The translations under genes and the position numbers were made by a program. From Paragordius varius (lineage: Eukaryota; Animalia; Nematomorpha), in contig OZ176053.1 of NCBI GenBank assembly GCA_964247055.1, forward strand, positions 13,392,001-13,456,000: a DNA stretch of 64,000 nt. The letters are read 5' to 3'. The notes under the pieces were generated by a model. It had not been told where the DNA came from, did not search any database, and worked only from the letters and a program-made list of their open reading frames with translations. The first letter of the stretch is position 1, and the number at the start of each line of letters is the position of its first letter. Positions 56,316 through 64,000 of this stretch are shown in pieces.

Positions 56316-59300
56316 AAAGAGTTTGTCAAACTATCTCTATATTTTGATGTAGTCTTGCTAAGAGAATATATAAAAAATAATTTTGTTCACCGGTGACCAA
56401 TATCCGATATTTAAGGACAAAGTTTAATTTGAGTATTGATGCGACTAGTTTAATACATTAATTTTTAAAGTATCGTTGTAAAAATCGGATATGAAAGAGT
56501 TTGGCAAACTATTTCTATATTTTGATGTAGTCTTACTAAGAGAATGTATAAAAAATTATTTTGTTCACCGGTGACCAATATCCGATTTTTAAGGACAAAG
56601 TTTAACTTGAATATTGATGCGACTAGTTTAATACATTAATTTTTAAAGTATCGTTGTAAAAATCGGATATGAAAGAGTTTGTCAAACTATCTCTATATTT
56701 TGATGTAGTCTTGCTAAGAGAATGTATAAAAAATAATTTTGTTCACCGGTGACCAATATCCGATTTTTAAGGACAAAGTTTAACTTGAGTATTGATGCGA
56801 CTAGTTTAATACATTAATTTTTAAAGTATCGTTGTAAAAACCGGATATGAAAGAGTTTGTCAAACTATCTCTATATTTTGATGTAGTCTTACTAAGAGAA
56901 TGTATAAAAAATTATTTTGTTCACCGGTGACCAATATCCGATTTTTAAGGACAAAGTTAACTTGAGTATTGACTAGTTTAATACATTAATTTTTAAAGTA
57001 TCGTTGTAAAAATCGGATATGAAAGAGTTTGGCAAACTATTTCTATATTTTGATGTAGTCTTACTAAGAGAATGTATAAAAAATAATTTTGTTCACCGGT
57101 GACCAATATCCGATTTTTAAGGACAAAGTTTAACTTGAATATTGATGCGACTAGTTTAATACATTAATCTTTAAAGTATCGTTGTAAAAATCGGATATGA
57201 AAGAGTTTGTCAAACTATCTCTATATTTTGATGTAGTCTTGTGAAGAGAATATATAAAAAATAATTTTGTTCACCGGTGACCAATATCCGATTTTTAAGG
57301 ACAAAGTTTAATTTGAGTATTGATGCGACTAGTTTAATACATTAATTTTTAAAGTATCGTTGTAAAAACCGGATATGAAAGAGTTTGTCAAACTATTTCT
57401 ATATTTTGATGTAGTCTTACTAAGAGAATGTATAAAAAATTATTTTGTTCACCGGTGAACAATATCCGATTTTTAAGGACAAAGTTTAACTTGAGTATTG
57501 ATGCGACTGGTTTAATACCATAATTTTTAAAGTATCGTTGTAAAAATCGGATATGAAAGAGTTTGTCAAACTATCTCTATATTTTGATGTAGTCTTACTA
57601 AGAGAATGTATAAAAAATTATTTTGTTTACCGGTGACCAATATCCGATTTTTAAGGACAAAGTTTAATTAGAGTATTGATGCGACTTATTGATTCGACTA
57701 GTTTTATACATTAATTTATAAAGTATCGTTGTAAAAATCGGATATGAAAGAGTTTGGCAAACTATTTCTATATTTTGATGTAGTCTTACTAAGAGAATGT
57801 ATAAAAAATTATTTTGTTCACCGGTGACCAATATCCGATTTTTAAGGACAAAGTTTAACTTGAATATTGATGCGACTAGTTTAATACATTAATTTTTAAA
57901 GTATCGTTGTAAAAATCGGATATGAAAGAGTTTGTCAAACTATCTCTATATTTTGATGTAGTCTTGCTAAGAGAATGTATAAAAAATAATTTTGTTCACC
58001 GGTGACCAATATCCGATTTTTAAGGACAAAGTTTAACTTGAGTATTGATGCGACTAGTTTAATACATTAATTTTTAAAGTATCGTTGTAAAAACCGGATA
58101 TGAAAGAGTTTGTCAAACTAACTCTATATTTTGATGTAGTCTTACTAAGAGAATGTATAAAAAATTTATTTTGTTCACCGGTGACCAATATCCGATTTTT
58201 AAGGACAAAGTTAACTTGAGTATTGACTAGTTGAATACATTAATTTTTAAAGTATCGTTGTAAAAATCGGATATGAAAGAGTTTGGCAAACTATTTCTAT
58301 ATTTTGATGTAGTCTTACTAAGAGAATGTATAAAAAATAATTTTGTTCACCGGTGACCAATATCCGATTTTTAAGGACAAAGTTTAACTTGAATATTGAT
58401 GCGACTAGTTTAATACATTAATCTTTAAAGTATCGTTGTAAAAATCGGATATGAAAGAGTTTGTCAAACTATCTCTATATTTTGATGTAGTCTTGTGAAG
58501 AGAATATATAAAAAATAATTTTGTTCACCGGTGACCAATATCCGATTTTTAAGGACAAAGTTTAATTTGAGTATTGATGCGACTAGTTTAATACATTAAT
58601 TTTTAAAGTATCGTTGTAAAAACCGGATATGAAAGAGTTTGTCAAACTATTTCTATATTTTGATGTAGTCTTACTAAGAGAATGTATAAAAAATTATTTT
58701 GTTCACCGGTGAACAATATCCGATTTTTAAGGACAAAGTTTAACTTGAATATTGATGCGACTAGTTTAATACATTAATCTTTAAAGTATCGTTGTAAAAA
58801 TCGGATATGAAAGAGTTTGTCAAACTATCTCTATATTTTGATGTAGTCTTGCTAAGAGAATATATAAAAAATAATTTTGTTCACCGGTGACCAATATCCG
58901 ATATTTAAGGACAAAGTTTAATTTGAGTATTGATGCGACTAGTTTAATACATTAATTTTTAAAGTATCGTTGTAAAAATCGGATATGAAAGAGTTTGGCA
59001 AACTATTTCTATATTTTGATGTAGTCTTACTAAGAGAATGTATAAAAAATTATTTTGTTCACCGGTGACCAATATCCGATTTTTAAGGACAAAGTTTAAC
59101 TTGAATATTGATGCGACTAGTTTAATACATTAATTTTTAAAGTATCGTTGTAAAAATCGGATATGAAAGAGTTTGTCAAACTATCTCTATATTTTGATGT
59201 AGTCTTGCTAAGAGAATTTATAAAAAATAATTTTGTTCACCGGTGACCAATATCCGATTTTTAAGGATAAAGTTTAACTTGAGTATTGATGCGACTAGTT

Positions 59301-62300
59301 TAATACATTAATTTTTAAAGTATCGTTGTAAAAACCGGATATGAAAGAGTTTGTCAAACTATCTCTATATTTTGATGTAGTCTTACTAAGAGAATGTATA
59401 AAAAATTATTTTGTTCACCGGTGACCAATATCCGATTTTTAAGGACAAAGTTAACTTGAGTATTGATGCGACTAGTTTAATACATTAATTTTTAAAGTAT
59501 CGTTGTAAAAATCGGATATGAAAGAGTTTGTCAAACTATCTCTATATTTTGATGTGGTCTTACTAAGAGAATGTATAAAAAATAATTTTGTTCACCGGTG
59601 ACCAATTTTCGATTTTTAAGGACAAAGTTTAACTTGAGTATTGAAGCGAATTATTGATACAACTAGTTTTATACATTAATTTTTAAAGTATCGTTGTAAA
59701 AATCGGATATGAAAGAGTTTGTCAAACTATCTCTATATTTTGATGTAGTCTTGTGAAGAGAATATATAAAAAATAATTTTGTTCACCGGTGACCAATATC
59801 CGATTTTTAAGGACAAAGTTTAATTTGAGTATTGATGCGACTAGTTTAATACATTAATTTTTAAAGTATCGTTGTAAAAATCGGATATGAAAGAGTTTGT
59901 CAAACTATCTCTATATTTTGATGTAGTCTTGCTAAGAGAATGTATAAAAAATAATTTTGTTCACCGGTGACCAATATTCGATTTTTAAGGACAAAGTTTA
60001 ACTTGAGTATTGATGCGACTAGTTTAATACATTAATTTTTAAAGTATCGTTGTAAAAATCGGATATGAAAGAGTTTGTCAAACTATTTCTATATTTTGAT
60101 GTAGTCTTACTAAGAGAATGTATAAAAAATTATTTTGTTCACCGGTGAACAATATCCGATTTTTAAGGACAAAGTTTAACTTGAGTATTGATGCGACTGG
60201 TTTAATACCATAATTTTTAAAGTATCGTTGAAAAAATCGGATATGAAAGAGTTTGTCAAACTATTTCTATATTTTGATGTAGTCTTACTAAGAGAATGTA
60301 TAAAAAATTATTTTGTTCACCGGTGAACAATATCCGATTTTTAAGGACAAAGTTTAACTTGAGTATTGATGCGACTGGTTTAATACCATAATTTTTAAAG
60401 TATCGTTGTAAAAATCGGATATGAAAGAGTTTGTCAAACTATCTCTATATTTTGATGTAGTCTTACTAAGAGAATGTATAAAAAATTATTTTGTTTACCG
60501 GTGACCAATATCCGATTTTTAAGGACAAAGTTTAACTAGAGTATTGATGCGACTTATTGATTCGACTAGTTTTATACATTAATTTATAAAGTATCGTTGT
60601 AAAAATCGGATATGAAAGAGTTTGTCAAACTATCTCTATATTTTGATGTAGTCTTGCTAAGAGAATGTATAAAAAATAATTTTGTTCACCGGTGACCAAT
60701 ATCAGATTTTTAAGGACAAAGTTTAACTTGAGTATTGATGCGACTAGTTTAATACATTAATTTTTAAAGTATCGTTGTAAAAATCGGATATGAAAGAGTT
60801 TGTCAAACTATCTCTATATTTTGATGTAGTCTTGCTAAGAGAATATATAAAAAATAATTTTGTTCACCGGTGACCAATATCCGATATTTAAGGACAAAGT
60901 TTAATTTGAGTATTGATGCGACTAGTTTAATACATTAATTTTTAAAGTATCGTTGTAAAAATCGGATATGAAAGAGTTTGTCAAACTATCTCTATTTTGA
61001 TGTAGTCTTACTAAGAGAATGTATAAAAAATTATTTTGTTCACCGGTGACCAATATCCGATTTTTAAGGACAAAGTTTAACTTGAGTATTGATGCGACTA
61101 GTTTAATACATTAATTTTTAAAGTATCGTTGTAAAAACCGGATATGAAAGAGTTTGTCAAACTATCTCTATATTTTGATGTAGTCTTACTAAGAGAATGT
61201 ATAAAAAATTATTTTGTTCACCGGTGACCAATATCCGATTTTTAAGGACAAAGTTAACTTGAGTATTGATGCGACTAGTTTAATACATTAATTTTTAAAG
61301 TATCGTTGTAAAAATCGGATATGAAAGAGTTTGTCAAACTATCTCTATATTTTGATGTGGTCTTACTAAGAGAATGTATAAAAAATAATTTTGTTCACCG
61401 GTGACCAATATTCGATTTTTAAGGACAAAGTTTAACTTGAGTATTGAAAGGATTTATTGATACAACTAGTTTTATACATTAATTTTTAAAGTATCGTTGT
61501 AAAAATCGGATATGAAAGAGTTTGTCAAACTATCTCTATATTTTGATGTATTCTTGTGAAGAGAATATATAAAAAATAATTTTGTTCACCGGTGACCAAT
61601 ATCCGATTTTTAAGGACAAAGTTTAATTTGAGTATTGATGCGACTAGTTTAATACATTAATTTTTAAAGTATCGTTGTAAAAATCGGATATGAAAGAGTT
61701 TGTCAAACTATTTCTATATTTTGATGTAGTCTTACTAAGAGAATGTATAAAAAATTATTTTGTTCACCGGTGAACAATATCCGATTTTTAAGGACAAATG
61801 TTAACTTGAGTATTGATGCGACTGGTTTAATACCATAATTTTTAAAGTATCGTTGTAAAAATCGGATATGAAAGAGTTTGTCAAACTATCTCTATATTTT
61901 GATGTAGTCTTACTAAGAGAATGTATAAAAAATTATTTTGTTTACCGGTGACCAATATCCGATTTTTAAGGACAAAGTTTAACTAGAGTATTGATGCGAC
62001 TTATTGATTCGACTAGTTTTATACATTAATTTATAAAGTATCGTTGTAAAAATCGGATATGAAAGAGTTTGTCAAACTATCTCTATATTTTGATGTAGTC
62101 TTGCTAAGAGAATGTATAAAAAATAATTTTGTTCACCGGTGACCAATATCAGATTTTTATGGACAAAGTTTAACTTGAGTATTGATGCGACTAGTTTAAT
62201 ACATTAATTTTTAAAGTATCGTTGTAAAAATCGGATATGAAAGAGTTTGTCAAACTATCTCTATATTTTGATGTAGTCTTGCTAAGAGAATATATAAAAA

Positions 62301-64000
62301 ATAATTTTGTTCACCGGTGACCAATATCCGATATTTAAGGACAAAGTTTAATTTGAGTATTGATGCGACTAGTTAAATACATTAATTTTTAAAGTATCGT
62401 TGTAAAAATCGGATATGAAAGAGTTTGTCAAACTATCTCTATATTTTGATGTAGTCTTGCTAAGAGAATGTATAAAAAATAATTTTGTTCACCGGTGACC
62501 AATATCAGATTTTTAAGGACAAAGTTTAACTTGAGTATTGATGCGACTAGTTTAATACATTAATTTTTAAAGTATCGTTGTAAAAATCGGATATGAAAGA
62601 GTTTGTCAAACTATCTCTATATTTTGATGTAGTCTTGCTAAGAGAATGTATAAAAAATAATTTTGTTCACCGGTGACCAATATCAGATTTTTAAGGACAA
62701 AGTTTAACTTGAGTATTGATGCGACTAGTTTAATACATTAATTTTTAAAGTATCGTTGTAAAAATCGGATATGAAAGAGTTTGTCAAACTATCTCTATAT
62801 TTTGATGTAGTCTTGCTAAGAGAATATATAAAAAATAATTTTGTTCACCGGTGACCAATATCCAATATTTAAGGACAAAGTTTAATTTGAGTATTGATGC
62901 GACTAGTTTAATACATTAATTTTTAAAGTATCGTTGTAAAAATCGGATATGAAAGAGTTTGTCAAACTATCTCTATTTTGATGTAGTCTTACTAAGAGAA
63001 TGTATAAAAAATTATTTTGTTCACCGGTGACCAATATCCGATTTTTAAGGACAAAGTTTAACTAGAGTATTGATGCGACTTATTGATACGACTAGTTTTA
63101 TACATTAATTTATAAAGTATCGTTGTAAAAATCGGATATGAAAGAGTTTGTGAAACTATTTCTATATTTTGATGTAGTCTTGCTAATGTATAAAAAATAA
63201 TTTTGTTCACCGGTGACCAATATCCGATTTTTAAGGACAAAGTTTAACTTGAGTATTGATGCGACTAGTTTAATACATTAATTTTTAAAGTATCGTTGTA
63301 AAAATCGGATATGAAAGAGTTTGGCAAACTATTTCTATATTTTGATGTAGTCTTACTAAGAGAATGTATAAAAAATTATTTTGTTCACCGGTGACCAATA
63401 TCCGATTTTTAAGGACAAAGTTTAACTTGAATATTGATGCGACTAGTTTAATACATTAATTTTTAAAGTATCGTTGTAAAAATCGGATATGAAAGAGTTT
63501 GTCAAACTATCTCTATATTTTGATGTAGTCTTGCTAAGAGAATGTATAAAAAATAATTTTGTTCACCGGTGACCAATATCCGATTTTTAAGGACAAAGTT
63601 TAACTTGAGTATTGATGCGACTAGTTTAATACATTAATTTTTAAAGTATCGTTGTAAAAACCGGATATGAAAGAGTTTGTCAAACTATCTCTATATTTTG
63701 ATGTAGTCTTACTAAGAGAATGTATAAAAAATTATTTTGTTCACCGGTGACCAATATCCGATTTTTAAGGACAAAGTTAACTTGAGTATTGATGCGACTA
63801 GTTTAATACATTAATTTTTAAAGTATCGTTGTAAAAATCGGATATGAAAGAGTTTGTCAAACTATCTCTATATTTTGATGTGGTCTTACTAAGAGAATGT
63901 ATAAAAAATAATTTTGTTCACCGGTGACCAATATTCGATTTTTAAGGACAAAGTTTAACTTGAGTATTGAAGCGATTTATTGATACAACTAGTTTTATAC
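56271..64000 (-). repeat. Distal homogeneous A-type satellite domain
   Basis: No B-type monomers. Contains (as reverse complements) gtattaaactag, ttagcaagac, gtttggcaaa/gtttgccaaa-type variants, tatggtattaaaccag and the 13-bp duplication. Confidence 0.85.
56470..58700 (-). repeat. 7-monomer higher-order repeat in the reverse domain, period 1253 bp
   Basis: ttggcaaactatttct at 56501 and 57754; ordered variants repeat (aaaaccgg, gagtattgactag deletion, attaatctt, gtcttgtgaag); 7x178 + 13 - 6 = 1253. Confidence 0.88.

Larger units (their letters stand above)
54934..64000 (-). repeat. Same 178-bp satellite in reverse-complement orientation (~51 monomers), continuing past the window end
   Basis: From 54934 the sequence reads as the reverse complement of the monomer (e.g. 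gttcaccggtgaccaatatccgatttttaaggacaaagtttaacttgagtattgatgcgactag). Confidence 0.99.

Noticed and set aside
63058-63240. 60-aa ORF on the minus strand (MSLKIGYWSPVNKII...)
   Set aside because: It spans one satellite monomer, starts at TTG, and is open only because of a local 4-bp deletion (cttgctaatgta, ~63185) plus the 13-bp duplication. There is no coding signal, and one short ORF among ~360 monomers is expected by chance.
1-64000. CRISPR array
   Set aside because: There are no unique spacers between repeats; the entire 178-bp unit is repeated, and no cas genes are present.

Overview
The whole 64 kb window is one AT-rich (~72% A+T) tandem satellite family with a 178-bp monomer, about 360 copies. 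I see no genes, RNA genes, transposon ORFs or unique sequence. Consensus read from the sequence: ttcatatccgatttttacaacgatactttaaaaattaatgtataaaactagtcgcatcaatactcaagttaaactttgtccttaaaaatcggatattggtcaccggtgaacaaaattattttttatacattctcttagtaagactacatcaaaatatagagatagtttgacaaactct. Length, composition and organisation fit a eukaryotic (peri)centromeric or heterochromatic satellite; I do not recognise the family or the species. The array runs in one orientation from 1 to 54933 and switches strand at a blunt junction at 54933/54934. A second, out-of-register junction at ~56270 separates a 1.34-kb inverted block of left-array-type monomers from a more homogeneous distal domain that shares diagnostic variants with the window start. 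The layout is therefore A> AB> | <AB <A. The monomer is rich in dyad symmetries, and several variants perfect or flip these quasi-palindromes. Local higher-order repeats of 4-21 monomers and a possible old ~22-kb duplication are visible. The single ORF is a satellite artefact. All alignments and offsets were done by eye and should be confirmed computationally.
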